64,000 nt of DNA, from positions 864,001 through 928,000 of the forward strand of contig CAWFAK010000007.1 in assembly GCA_963813715.1 (NCBI GenBank). The letters are read 5' to 3'. The notes under the pieces were generated by a model, which worked only from the letters and a program-made list of their open reading frames with translations, had not been told where the DNA came from and ran no database searches. How positions within the stretch are numbered: position 1 is the first letter of the stretch; every line of letters starts with the position of its first letter. Source of the stretch: an uncultured Planctomycetaceae bacterium (GTDB lineage Bacteria > Planctomycetota > Planctomycetia > Planctomycetales > Planctomycetaceae). Made by a program: the position numbers and the translations under genes. Below are positions 29,831-41,411 of this stretch, one piece after another.

Positions 29831-31080
29831 ATGTTGGAATCGACCCACGTCGCCCAAAACGGATTCGAGCGCGGGCTGGCCGCACTCGCACAGCTCGGCT
29901 TGGTCCGGCCGGCCAACGTCCTCCTGGCTGAGTACCTCGCCGCGCTGACGGCCGAGGAAATTCTCGACGCGACAACCGCTGAACGGCTGTCGGCCGTCTA
30001 TAACCGCGTGCGCTATTCGGCGGTTTCCGCAGACGATCCCGAGCTGCAAGAAGCCGTCGCCACGCTCGAGTCGGTCGCGGCGCGGCTCACCGCCTGGAGC
30101 GCGGACGAACGCCGGCAAGTGGTTCGGCGAGTGCGCGCGATTGCCGCTGCCGCCAACAGACGACGGCTTGGAGCGCGAGACGGCCTGTCTGTCCGACGCC
30201 CGCACACCGATTCCACCGACGCGACACGCAAATGCCGACCGGCATTCCTCGCCCCAGTCGCGGGCGGCGCATCCCTCGCCGCGGCCGCATATCGAGCCGG
30301 CAAGCACGAACGCCGCGTTCGGCGACGTCAGCAATCCGCTCGACGAGTTCGATGCCCTGCCCGTTGCTCCTGCGGCAGCGGCCACGACCCGTCGCGTCGG
30401 TCTGCCGCGGTTGTCGCTCGAATTGGCGGCCGTCGTGGGATTGGCGACGTTCTTTAGTGGGTATTTCGTCCGCGACGCGTTTAGAAAAACGGTCGAAGTC
30501 GCCGACGAAGTTGGCGGAAGCTCCGGCGAGCACCTCACGCTGAACGACGCCTGGAAGGATCAGGGCGCGTGGGTGCATGGAGTCCGCGCGGGGCGATCAG
30601 GACGCCCAGGCCCGGCACTTTCAAAAGGCTCGGCTGGAACTCGAGCTCGTGCACGCCTACGTCCCCAGGGACGCGGCCGTGCTCAACGATCTGGCCGCTC
30701 TCTATCTCACGCGTGACGAGTCGGGCCGCACCGATCCGAAACGCGCGCTGGAACTGATCGAGCGGGCGCTGACGATCACGCGACAGCCGACCATCCTCGA
30801 TACGGCGGCCGAAGCCCACTTTCAGTGCGGACACATCGACGAAGCGATCCGTCTCGAACGCGAGTCTCTCTCCAAGGAGCTTGCCTGGAGCAACGCATCG
30901 GCCGGCCAGTTCCGCCAGTACCGCCAGCAGCAACTCGAGCGTTTCCGCGAGGCTGAGCCGGTCCGCACCGCCCAGCTTCCTGCCGGCCCCACGGAGCCGA
31001 GCGTCCCAGCAGCCGAGGCCGCCAAAGGCAAAATGAACGCCCCGCTCGCGGCTCAACCCGGCAATCCGGCCGGTTCCTGA
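29831..31080 (+). CDS. Membrane protein with C-terminal TPR-like repeats (multiple frameshifts)
   Basis: Three overlapping ORFs; TPR-like [10 protein letters not shown]...ALELIERAL...[21 protein letters not shown]. Confidence 0.6.
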
Positions 31081-31346
31081 GCCGCCCGCCACGCTCCGGA
31101 CGTGCGACAATCGCCCTGGATTTGCGAATCCTCCTTGGGCGGCGACCGCTTTTTTGCCCGTTCCAGAAGGTGCCCGCCACCCCCGCGGGAGCCAAAAAAC
31201 ACGGGGCATCCGGCCAGTCGCCCTTGCAAGACGAGCCCGTTCTCCCGAGAATCCAGAACTCGATAATTCGGTCCAGATTCGGTCCATCACAGCAAGGTGG
31301 TCAAAACGACCGCTTGCGGATTCGCATATTTTGGAGGTCGGCGGCA

Positions 31347-31601
31347 ATGGCTCATAAGAAGGGACAAGGCTCGAGCCGCAACGGGCGCGATTCGAACGCA
31401 CAACGGCTCGGCGTCAAGAAGTTCGGCGGCGAAGCCGTCCTGGCAGGAAACATCCTGATCCGCCAGCGCGGCACCAAGTGGCACCCGGGCCGCAACGTCG
31501 GCCAAGGCAGCGACGACACGCTCTTTGCCCTGTCCGCCGGCGAAGTCTACTTCGACCGCGGCGGCCGCCGCATCAACGTCCGCCGCGCCGAGCAGGCGTA
31601 G
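31347..31601 (+). CDS. rpmA: 50S ribosomal protein L27
   Basis: [28 protein letters not shown]...[22 protein letters not shown]. Confidence 0.98.
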   Translation: MAHKKGQGSSRNGRDSNAQRLGVKKFGGEAVLAGNILIRQRGTKWHPGRNVGQGSDDTLFALSAGEVYFDRGGRRINVRRAEQA

Positions 31602-31979
31602 AGCCCGGACCGGTTCGCGTCTCCGGGCACCTCTGCCGCTCGCTTCCATGCAGGCCTCGGCTCTGGAACTGCGCGCATTCGCGCTTCGGTCCGGCCGTCG
31701 ACCGTCTGATCGGCCGCGGCAAGACGGTGTGCTGCCACGAACAGCCCCAGAGCTTTGAAAGCTCCTCGCAAGTCATGCTGTTCGGTGCCTCGCTACGTTG
31801 CGAGTAGGACAAACTCTTACCACGACAACGTCGTTAGTGAGCGCCCTGCTAGACGCTGGCTAGAATTCTCTAGGTAGATCACATGCGAAATGTTAATACT
31901 TGAAGAGGATTTGCTCCTTGTTGCTCAATCGATCACACTAGCGAATCACTAATAATGTGTACTCGCAAAGACTCACGTC

Positions 31980-32609
31980 ATGCGGAATGGCCAACTATTT
32001 CTGCGAAGCCAGGCCGTGCCGTCGGCGCCGCCGATTGAGCTTTCTGACGGCACGATGCTGCTCGGTCGGCATTCAGCATGCGACATCGTGCTGCTGGACC
32101 CTTCGATTTCCCGCTATCACGCGGAGTTTTCCGTCCGCGGAAGCTTGGTGACTGTGCGTGACCTGAATAGTCACAACGGAACGTATTTGGATGGCAAGCG
32201 GATCGAAGCGGCTGACGTGCAGGCGGGCCAGCGATTGAATTTCGGCGACGTATCGTTTCAGGTTCGGATTGCCGGTGTCGATGACTCCGAGCCCGATTCC
32301 GACTTGGAAACCGACAGCGTGAGCGGCCGCGTGCGGTCAATCACCGCGGAACTGGACAAGTTGCCCCTCTCGCCTGCCGAACGCCGCGTCTTGGATTCCC
32401 TGCTGCTGGGTCTGTCTGAAAAAGAGGTCGCCACGCGGTTGGACATCAGCCCCAACACCGTCCATTGCCACGTGGGCAAAATCTACAAGGCCGTCGGCGT
32501 TTGCTCGCGAGCCGAACTGCTGGCCCGCTTTGTCCCCCAGGGTGACAAGCGTGGCGATCAAGGATCGAGCGAACCTCCCGATGCCAATCCACGGACCAAA
32601 CCGTCCTAA
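31980..32609 (+). CDS. FHA-domain LuxR-type HTH transcriptional regulator
   Basis: FHA motifs GR...SRYHA...DLNSHNGT; LuxR segment LSPAERRVL...GLSEKEVATRLDISPNTVHCH. Confidence 0.9.
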   Translation: MRNGQLFLRSQAVPSAPPIELSDGTMLLGRHSACDIVLLDPSISRYHAEFSVRGSLVTVRDLNSHNGTYLDGKRIEAADVQAGQRLNFGDVSFQVRIAGVDDSEPDSDLETDSVSGRVRSITAELDKLPLSPAERRVLDSLLLGLSEKEVATRLDISPNTVHCHVGKIYKAVGVCSRAELLARFVPQGDKRGDQGSSEPPDANPRTKPS

Positions 32610-32750
32610 GGGACTCGGGACCGTGTCTTCGGGCGATCCGGCTCTCATCGAACGCTTTTCGCGTCGACCGCCGTCGGCTTGCAAACGCCGGCAGCGGTCG
32701 AGATACTTTCGGACGCGCGATTCGACGACTCCACAGGCGTCACGCCGCAC

Positions 32751-32824
<74 letters not shown>

Positions 32825-32934
32825 TTTTCTTCGAGACGCCCGCCGGGCGGTCCGAGTTCGGTAAGCGGCCCGCCAATGGCCTCTTTCTGAATCGCCCTTG
32901 CTGACGTCCGCCCGAGCTCGACGAGTTCGCAGGC

Positions 32935-33798
32935 ATGACCGGGCACTCCGAGCGTTACATCCTGGCGACCGGGAGCGGCGAGGTCGAGCGGCTGCGGTTG
33001 TTGCAGGAGGTTTACGGGCCCAACAGCCAGACGCTTTTGCGGCGGGCGGGGCTGAGGGAAGGCCTCCGCGTCGTCGAGATCGGGTGCGGCAGCGGCAATG
33101 TCGCCTGCTGGCTTGCCGACAAAGTCGGGCCGCGCGGTTCGGTCGTCGGGATCGACAATAGTCCCGCTCAGGTCGAGCAGGCGCGACAGCAAGCCGAAGC
33201 GCGCGGTTTGTCGAACGTCGAGTTTCGCGTGGGCGACGCGAACGCGCCGGGGCTTCCCGAAGGGACGTTCGACCTCGCCTACGCCCGGCTCGTCCTGATG
33301 CACCTGGTGAATCCGGGCCAAGCCCTCGAAGCCATGCGCCGCCTGGTGCGGCCGGGGGGCTGCGTCGCTTGCGAAGAGATGGATCTCACCCGCTGGATTT
33401 GCGACCCGCCGTCCGATCTCGTCCGCCGCTTTTACGAGTTGAACATCACGCTCGGCGAACGCCACGGCGGCCACTTCCGGCTGGGGCCGAGTCTGCCCGG
33501 ACTGTTTCAAGCCGCCGGCCTCGCGCCTGAAGTCGCGGCAAATTTTCCGCTCGCGATCCGCGGCGAACAGAAGCGGCTCTTGGACTTGACCTTTCGCGAA
33601 TTCGCCCCCGAACTCGTTCGCGAACAGCTTGCCAGCCAGGCGGAGGTCGACGCCATCGCAGCCGAGCTAGTCCGGGTGGCTGCTGACGAAACGACGCTGC
33701 TCGCGTTTCCGCTCTTAGTGCAGGCCTGGGCAAGACGCGACAGAGACGGCGTCGCGCCACCGGCAACGCTGCGAGAAGGAACGGCGCACCGAGTGTGA
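32935..33798 (+). CDS. Class I SAM-dependent methyltransferase
   Basis: VVEIGCGSG, GIDNS, FDLAYARLVLMHL, VRPGG. Confidence 0.92.
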   Translation: MTGHSERYILATGSGEVERLRLLQEVYGPNSQTLLRRAGLREGLRVVEIGCGSGNVACWLADKVGPRGSVVGIDNSPAQVEQARQQAEARGLSNVEFRVGDANAPGLPEGTFDLAYARLVLMHLVNPGQALEAMRRLVRPGGCVACEEMDLTRWICDPPSDLVRRFYELNITLGERHGGHFRLGPSLPGLFQAAGLAPEVAANFPLAIRGEQKRLLDLTFREFAPELVREQLASQAEVDAIAAELVRVAADETTLLAFPLLVQAWARRDRDGVAPPATLREGTAHRV

Positions 33799-33830
33799 CC
33801 GCCAGCCAGACGAGTTGTGCCTCCTCGGAG

Positions 33831-34284
33831 TTAAGCAACCGGTTGCTGCAGCGATTGAACGGCTGTTTGCACGTCGCGCTGCGTCACATTCAGGACTCGC
33901 ATCACGAGCGTGAGAGCGGCCTGCTCTTGCGGTTTGATTGGGCCGTCGGCCGACGCGACGACAAATCCGAATTTCAGAAACATCTGCTTCCCGGCGGGGC
34001 TGAGTCGCGGGGCAAGGTATGCCAAGCGTCGTTGCGTTCCCTCGCTGCTCGAGAGCATTGTCGCCGCCTCAAGCTTGATCCGTTCCGGTTCGAAGGGGGC
34101 GCCGCCGCCAGTTAGCGTCGAGACTTCCGCGATGCAGGCCACCTCTGCATCGTTGATCGCGCCGTCAGCGATGGCAAGACCAGCGACGGGAGGAGAATGT
34201 CGTGATATTGCTGCCGAAATTTCTGATTCTGGTGAGATCCGGAGGTGCGACCCGATCCCGGGAAGGTGCGTCTGCGGATGCCAT
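33831..34284 (-). CDS. TerB-like protein (frameshifted; start approximate)
   Basis: Two ADG-x-I-x-x-x-E motifs (IADGAINDAE, SADGPIKPQE). Confidence 0.55.
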
Positions 34285-34445
34285 GGCAGTCGAGTTGGTC
34301 CCCTTGGCCGCTGCCGGGACCAGCACTCCCAAGTTCCACATTCCGTTCAGTCGTGCCGCCGGCAACTCGAGCAAGAAGGGATCGGGGCCAGCAGTCCTCA
34401 CCGCTGACCCCGATCCGTGCATGTGCAGAAATTCGCGCAAACAAC

Positions 34446-37400
34446 CTACTGACTAACGGGCAAGAGATTAACGGTCAGGTTATTTGCAAGACCGAATCCG
34501 TTCGGGTTGTTGAAGTCGGTGACGGTAGTACTCATGGTAAAGGACGAAAGCGGTGGGCTGCTTGGCCGACTCGCCCCGAACTGGTACTGAATGACGTTCA
34601 TCAAGTTGGTCGTCATGTTGACAAGGTCCTGCCCGGCGATCGTCAGGACGTGCGAATTCGGATCCCAGTTCACGCCTGGCGATCCCGCGGTGCCGGTCGT
34701 CAGCGTCACAGCCTGCAGCGGCAATTTTCCATTGGCCGGACTGCCCAGCGAGAACGTCAAGTTGACGGTGTTATCGGGGGGAGTTTGGTAATTCGTCCCC
34801 AGATTGATCGTGAGCGCGTTGGGCGTATAACTCGGTGGGGTGCAGGCGGCGATGCCGACTCCCTTGCTGACACAGCCGAGCGTGAATTGCGCCGTGGTCC
34901 ACGCCGGCTGCGAAACGGCCGTGGATTTGGCACTCGCGATCGACACGTCGTTGCCCGCCGGGGCCGGCGACGAACCGCCGGACGAGGCGCCCGCCGGGCC
35001 AGAACCCGACGCGGTCAAATGCGCGGCCGGAACCAGCAAATGCGTCGTCGACCCGTAAGGGGTTGCCAACTGCACGTCGACATAGAGGTAATCTGGCCAC
35101 TTGTATCCAACATGGATCGCGACGCTCACAGTGCACGATGAGTTCACGCCCGAACCCTGCAGCTTGAGGGTGAGGGCATCGACGCCGGCGAAGCTGGCGC
35201 TCGGAGCATAGCTCAAATCGTCCACTGCGTCCTGCAGATCAGCTAACCTTCCGGTGATCGTCATCGAGGAAGAGCCATTGGTGCCCGACACGAAGGACAG
35301 GCCGTGGAGATTTCCTCCCAACGTGATGATCCCGTTCGCCGCTTTCAGCCACAACGTGCAAGGAGGCAATGTGGGATCGTGCTCAGCGGGATCATGCAGC
35401 TTGATCGCATTCTTCGGAAACACTAGGTGCTGGGGAGGATAGATCGATTGACTTGACAGTGTTTCAATCGAGTTTAGCGCCCCTGTGCCGCTCGTCGAAG
35501 AGCCCGAGGCATCCGAGGTCAGCATCACCAGGCCGCTGGGGCCGTCCGAAACGGTCTCCTCGAGGCTGACCTTACCCGCCGCTGACTGTTTTGCATCGGC
35601 CGGATCTTGGGGACACGGGGATTTGGTCTCAGCGAGAGCATCAATCGCGTTCTTTGGCTCTGAGGGATCGAGCTGTTGCGCCCATCCGCCCGCGACTTCA
35701 CCGGTTTTCTCAATAAGCGCAATCGCATTTTGAGGAATGGTGACCTTCATCACCTGGCGACTGAGCAGCTCGGGCTGAACAATCTCCTGGCCGCCGATCA
35801 CGACCCGCGTTTGGTGCACGCTGAAGTGGTTTCCAATCAGGAAGAGCGTCGTGGGAGCATCGAGATTGATCGCCGGCGTTCCGTACCAGCCCCAGAGCTC
35901 AGGCGCGAAATCGGTCACGCCCGTGTTGAACATCGCAAAACCGCCCAGGGTGTTTTCGTATGGCACCTGAACCGACATCGACTGCAGCGGGAGTCGAGAT
36001 TCGAGTTGCTGCGACCGGGCCAAGAGACGGTCGATATCGCCCTCCCGACAGCATTCGGCGTGACCGACGAACTGCGAGCAGTTTTGAATCATTCTGAGCT
36101 GCTCGCCCAGTCGGATGGCCTTCCGCGAATTCATGAGTTTGCGGCGCGGATTGTCGAGGGCGAAGAAATTGCTGCTCGCGTCGACGTCCACGTAAGGCAC
36201 GAAGGAGGGCATCAGGACGATGGCCACGCACTCCCGCATGCCCGGCTCCAGTTGCCGCTGCCGGAGCAGGTGCCGGCGATCGGGTCCGCCCCACAGCAAC
36301 TCGAAGAGCACCTTGAAATTATTTTCCGTATCGGGGGACTGAAAGCGCGGGTAAAAGCGCCAGCCGAACGTGTCGGTTCCGTGAGAGAAACCAACCATCG
36401 TCTTATTGAGCGCGATCGTCTCCATGTCCGTTTCGAGTCGGCGGGCAAACTGGAACATGTTGTTCGCGCTTAAGTTCCCGGACACGAAGGCCAGCGAAAT
36501 CGCCAGCTGCATCTCCCGGCGCATGCTGTAGCTGTCCGCAATGTTTTGGGAGTCGTCCTCGGGGTCGAGGGCGAACACATGAATCGGCCAGCGGCAACGC
36601 ACGTATTCGGTGAACGCCTGACGGTCCTCGGGGCTCGGGAAGGGGAGAAAATACTTCGGCCAGAACCCGGGCGCTGGCTGGGGCAACGCGACATGGCAGC
36701 CCGCCGAAACGGGGGCTGTCTTCATGTCTTCGATCAATTGCTGATTTAACAGCGCTGAATCGACCACAATGGTCCAGGCAAGCGTCGTCGTCAATTCCGG
36801 GCTCTTGTTTTGAGACTTGGCTTTTGCCTGTTCTTCAAAACGCTTGCGGGCCGCACAGATATTCTCACGGTTTCGACCGTGAATCTCTTTGACGAGCTGT
36901 TCCTCGCACTCCCGCCACAGGTCTTGTGTTTCCGGGTCCAACTTCATCAGTTCGTAAGAAGCATTCAACTCCGTTTGCAGGAAGTTCTGGACATCGGGGT
37001 AGTGAATAAAGCTCTTGTTCTCGACCTCAGCGACAAATGTGCGCCAAGCCGTGCACACGATCTGAGCCCACGCATGTGCGCCATAAACATCCAGAATCTG
37101 CGAGGGGGGAAATGCTTGCCGCGCATTTCGTACGCGGGATGTAGAGTGCACCGCCAAGGCCAAGTTTACTACTCGCGCGGTCTCGCTCTTTAGCCTCGTT
37201 GACGGCGTGGAGTCATCAGTGCCATACCGTGATTGCTCGTTTGTTCGTTCATCTGAACCCATTTCAGTGGGTTGAGCAGCTCGAATCGCCCGTTCCAAAG
37301 TCTCGACCAACAGCTCATATTGCGACTTTCCATTTGAAGCGCGGCCGCTCCGCGACAGCTGACGCCATTTTTCTTTCATCGGGATCCGCCAGTCCATATC

Positions 37401-38339
37401 GTTCAGGACCTGCGTCAGCGGCACGCCGATTTCATCGATCAGGTCATTGATCACCAGGTTTCGAAAGGTCATCGGCAGCAGTTCTTCGCTCAAGTGCGGC
37501 TTCATCGTGAGCGTGATTTCGGCTCCATACCGCTGTTGCGTCCGTCTGCCCGGCAGAACGGAGACGGGGATGCGAATCAGATTCAGCGAGTAGCCCGGCG
37601 AATCAGCCGTGTCGTCGCCATCGCTCATGCGGCGCAGCTCGTGCAGGTGATCGATATAGCGCTTCATTTGGTCCAGATAGACGGTCGGCTCGAGACTGAT
37701 CCCATTCGAGGCGCCGGCGAACGCGAGCGGCGTCGGCATTGACACCCCCGTGCGCGACATGTTGCTGAACGCCCCAAATGCGGTCGTTGAGGGGTCGTAC
37801 GAGAAAGGAGACGACGGGGCCGCCCCGCTCGTGGAGGTCGACCCGCTGGGCGAGCTGCTCGCGCCCGATCCGCCGCTCGAGCTTGCTGAAGAGCTGGCCG
37901 TGGCGGGCGTCAGCCCTGAACCGCTTGAGCCCAGCGACGCGGCTTGGGCCGCGTAAGAGAGCGCGAGCGCATCGGCGGCATAGGCCTGATCGCTGCGGTT
38001 CAAAGACCCCTGCAGCGTAAACTGAAACTTGTTCAACATGGCGGCCATGGTGGTCTCGAATTCCTGACGGTACATCGTCAGGCGCGCCTGTCCCCACACG
38101 GACGGCTGCTCCGCCACCACGCTTCCGTCCGATTCGATGCCCCGCTCGAGCGAATCCAAGGCGGTGGCGAGATCGCCGGCGGTGGGCTGGTTAAGCGCCT
38201 GAGCCGGCGCTCCGTCTTCGTCAGAGATCAATTCAATCGAGTCCAGCGATCCGATCCGCTGACACGACGAGGTCAGCAGGGCCCCGCCGAAAATGATCGA
38301 CGTCCCGAGCGCAATCCAGCGCTGTCTGCGCACATTCAT
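34446..38339 (-). CDS. Very large exported/lipoprotein of unknown function with IPT/Ig- and cadherin-like modules
   Basis: About 1300-aa ORF; lipobox-like LLTSSC; Ser-rich linkers; GNHFSVHQTRVVIGG (IPT-like); ITGRLADLQDAVDDLSYAPSASFAGVDALTL (cadherin-like). Confidence 0.75.
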   Translation of the reverse strand: MNVRRQRWIALGTSIIFGGALLTSSCQRIGSLDSIELISDEDGAPAQALNQPTAGDLATALDSLERGIESDGSVVAEQPSVWGQARLTMYRQEFETTMAAMLNKFQFTLQGSLNRSDQAYAADALALSYAAQAASLGSSGSGLTPATASSSASSSGGSGASSSPSGSTSTSGAAPSSPFSYDPSTTAFGAFSNMSRTGVSMPTPLAFAGASNGISLEPTVYLDQMKRYIDHLHELRRMSDGDDTADSPGYSLNLIRIPVSVLPGRRTQQRYGAEITLTMKPHLSEELLPMTFRNLVINDLIDEIGVPLTQVLNDMDWRIPMKEKWRQLSRSGRASNGKSQYELLVETLERAIRAAQPTEMGSDERTNEQSRYGTDDSTPSTRLKSETARVVNLALAVHSTSRVRNARQAFPPSQILDVYGAHAWAQIVCTAWRTFVAEVENKSFIHYPDVQNFLQTELNASYELMKLDPETQDLWRECEEQLVKEIHGRNRENICAARKRFEEQAKAKSQNKSPELTTTLAWTIVVDSALLNQQLIEDMKTAPVSAGCHVALPQPAPGFWPKYFLPFPSPEDRQAFTEYVRCRWPIHVFALDPEDDSQNIADSYSMRREMQLAISLAFVSGNLSANNMFQFARRLETDMETIALNKTMVGFSHGTDTFGWRFYPRFQSPDTENNFKVLFELLWGGPDRRHLLRQRQLEPGMRECVAIVLMPSFVPYVDVDASSNFFALDNPRRKLMNSRKAIRLGEQLRMIQNCSQFVGHAECCREGDIDRLLARSQQLESRLPLQSMSVQVPYENTLGGFAMFNTGVTDFAPELWGWYGTPAINLDAPTTLFLIGNHFSVHQTRVVIGGQEIVQPELLSRQVMKVTIPQNAIALIEKTGEVAGGWAQQLDPSEPKNAIDALAETKSPCPQDPADAKQSAAGKVSLEETVSDGPSGLVMLTSDASGSSTSGTGALNSIETLSSQSIYPPQHLVFPKNAIKLHDPAEHDPTLPPCTLWLKAANGIITLGGNLHGLSFVSGTNGSSSMTITGRLADLQDAVDDLSYAPSASFAGVDALTLKLQGSGVNSSCTVSVAIHVGYKWPDYLYVDVQLATPYGSTTHLLVPAAHLTASGSGPAGASSGGSSPAPAGNDVSIASAKSTAVSQPAWTTAQFTLGCVSKGVGIAACTPPSYTPNALTINLGTNYQTPPDNTVNLTFSLGSPANGKLPLQAVTLTTGTAGSPGVNWDPNSHVLTIAGQDLVNMTTNLMNVIQYQFGASRPSSPPLSSFTMSTTVTDFNNPNGFGLANNLTVNLLPVSQ

Positions 38340-38610
38340 CGCCCCGTCCCCCCTAAGTACCAAGCACCGGGAAATGTTGTGTCTGCGGACGCGCGATTGA
38401 TGGACGGCAAAGCTAGGCTTCGCCGGAGATGGGAGTCGCGCGCCCACGGCTAGACGGGCTTATAGATCGTCCTCTCTGAAGGTAAAGATTATGGGGGTTC
38501 TACCAATCGAGACGAAACTAGCGATCTTGACGGTTTTTTGGTGAAGAAACTAATGGATTAGGAAAACTTTGACGGTTATACTGCCTCCGTCATTAATTTG
38601 GACGCTAACT

Positions 38611-39385
38611 ATGAGGCACACCATGCGACGCCTTCTAACACTGACCTTGGCTTTTTCACTGTTTTCGGCCGTTTGCTCGTGTCCCGCAGCGGACAAGCCC
38701 GCACCGACGCAATCGTCCGGCTCGGCTACCCCGACGACACCGGACATTAAACCCATCGCCGGGGATGAGTACGCAGATGCGGTCTTGCAGTTATATGACC
38801 TGGCACGCTGTGGCTGCGTTTGCTGCTGTCCTCATCCTGGAACACAGCAACCGGTATCGTCTTGCGTCGGCTCAAGGCTTGTTTGCCGGCTCAACGCGAT
38901 CGACACCATCGGGGGGTTTGTGAAGTCTCAGACGGCGGTCCTTTGCTTGAGCCACCTCTTGAAAGAGCAATGCTGCCTGTGTGCCAGTTCACCCAGCGGC
39001 GGCGATATCGAGTCGGTCCTGGTGGCGTTGCACGCGATCAACGCCCTCAAGAACATTGGCGCAAACGCGAAGTCCGCTCTGGTGGCGATCAACTGTGCCT
39101 GCTGCATCAGCCCCGACCTCACCAGCGCGATCAGCGCAGGCGCGGACGACAATTTCAGCGCCGCCAAAGCAACCGACACCGTCCCCGTCGAAGACGCCGG
39201 CGCCGGCGAGCGATGCCGTGAAAAAAGCACTCGACGCAGTCAACGCCGCGTTGACCGCAGTTGCGAAGGCGCTCGCTCCAGCACAGCCCAATCAGGATTT
39301 GGCCAAAGCAATCACTGATCTGACCACGGCGATCCAACAACTCGAGACCGCGAAAGCGGCTACCCAGCCGGCCGCCTCGAACTAG
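38611..39385 (+). CDS. Exported Cys-rich HEAT-like protein (frameshift near 39170)
   Basis: Signal peptide; CGCVCCCP; RLNAIDTIG, HAINALKNIGANAKSAL; Ala-rich C-terminus in ORF 38981-39385. Confidence 0.6.
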
Positions 39386-39550
39386 TTATGCTGAACTAGG
39401 TTCTGCGTTGGCCCTCCCATGGGATCCAGACGTCCGACGTGCAATTGACGCCAGGGGGCGGGCTGCGGTTTGGCGTTCGCGCCGATCCTCGAAGGTTAGG
39501 CGTTTCGCCTGAAAGTCAGCGTCCCTATCCAATCCGCGGAGCCACGTGCC

Positions 39551-41294
39551 ATGACCAAGGTGACCAAAGTCGCCGTTTATTCAAACTGTGATATGGCGAC
39601 GGTTGCGTGGGTGACGAACGCCGCGATTCCTCAGTGCCGCGGCTTTGCACTCGAGCGGGAGGTTGCTCCGGGTAAGAAGGGAGACGCTGCCAGCGGTTTC
39701 ATCAATACTTGGGTCGGCTTCAAGGGCCAGAAACACCAGGCCGGCGAAAGCCGTGCGAGCACGGTTTGGCCGATTCAGCGTTACATCTGGTCCGATTACG
39801 TCGTCAGCCTGGGTCAAAAAGTACGCTATCGCGTGATCCCAATGCTTGGTTCCGCCAACAACCTTAAGCAGGCACCTCCGGATCAATGTAGCGCCTGGTC
39901 GCCCTGGATCACAATTGATACCGGAAGCACCAAGGGCTTCTCGGCCTACTTCAACCGGGGGCTGATCCCCTCACAGTTCATGGCGAGGCAAGCCAAGAAG
40001 TCGCAGTCGTTCAAAAAGATGTTGCAGCAGGATATCAACGACCCCAAAAGCACAATCCGCACGTTTCTCTCTGGAACGCTGCGAACTAAGCTGCTCGGGC
40101 TGCTGAAGGCGGCCGGCGGATCGGGCCTCAAGATCTACGCAGCTCTCTACGAATTAAATGACCCCGAATTGCTGCGGGCCCTGAAGGCGATCGGCGCCAA
40201 CTGCAATCTTCTGCTGGGATCGGGAGCGTACAAGTCGGCAAGCAAGAAGAAGCACACTCCCGCGGTGCCCGACGAAAACAAACTGGCGCGGCGCGACCTG
40301 AAGCAACATTCGAAAGTTCACGTCTATGACCGGCTCGTCAAGAGCCCGCACTTCGCGCACAACAAGTTCGTCGTGTTTTGCGACAAATCCGGGAAGCCCA
40401 AGAGAGTCTGGACCGGGAGCACGAACTGGACGGTCACCGGTCTGTGCACCCAGACTAACAACGGCATTTTGATCGATGACCCGAAGCTTGCGGCTGCCTA
40501 TCTCGCCCGGTGGACCGAGCTCAAGAAGGCCGGCAGTGGCTACCCGAAGACTCTCGCGCAGCATGGCTCGAAGCCTGCGATGTCAAAGCTCAATCAGTCC
40601 CCGCTGCACGCCTGGAACGTGCCCAGCTTGAAGTACGTCGATCTCAACGACGCGTCAAAATACATCCGGCAAGCCAAGCAAGGCGTTTTATATCTCATGT
40701 TTAATCCCGGCATCGGAGACGGCAAGAAGAAGGCCTATGCCCTGATTCAGAAACATCCTTAACCTCAATCCCAACAAACTGCTCATCCACGGCGTGCTTA
40801 ACCAGGACCCGGGAGGAAAAAACAAGCCCCTAATCCAGTTGGATCACAAAGGCACACAACTGCCGAGATTCTCGCTTCCGGCGATTTTGCCCAAGCCGCT
40901 CAAGGTGGCGAGCTTGAATTGGTTCAAAAGCACATTCCAATACAACATGGTGATGATCCACAGCAAGGTGGTGGTCATTGACCCCTTTGGCGACAAGCCC
41001 GTCGTTATGACGGGTTCGCATAACATGGGTCCCAAGGCCAGTCGGTCCAACGACGACAACCTGGTTATCATCGAAAATGCCCCGGGGCTGGCGGCCGAGT
41101 ATGCGGTCTACATCATGAACGTTTACGGCCACTACAAGTGGTTATTTAACCAATTTCTCCGAACGAAAAACGCCCCTCAGCGTGGCAAGAGTGCCTCACC
41201 GCAATACGACGGGAATGAAGACGACGACAAGTGGCAGAATCGTTATCTGGATCCGAAAAGCGCAAATTCGCGCGAAATTCAATTCTGGCTGTGA
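39551..41294 (+). CDS. Phospholipase D superfamily protein with two HKD motifs (frameshift near 40750)
   Basis: HNKFVVFCD...TGSTNW and HSKVVVID...TGSHN. Confidence 0.88.
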
Positions 41295-41411
41295 CGACCG
41301 TCGGTGCGCCAAATCCGATGACGATGAAATCGCTGATCGCCGCTGCGTGCCCGTGATGATCCCTCACATAAAAAAACGGCAATTCCGGCCCGCACGGCGA
41401 AGTTGCTCTGC

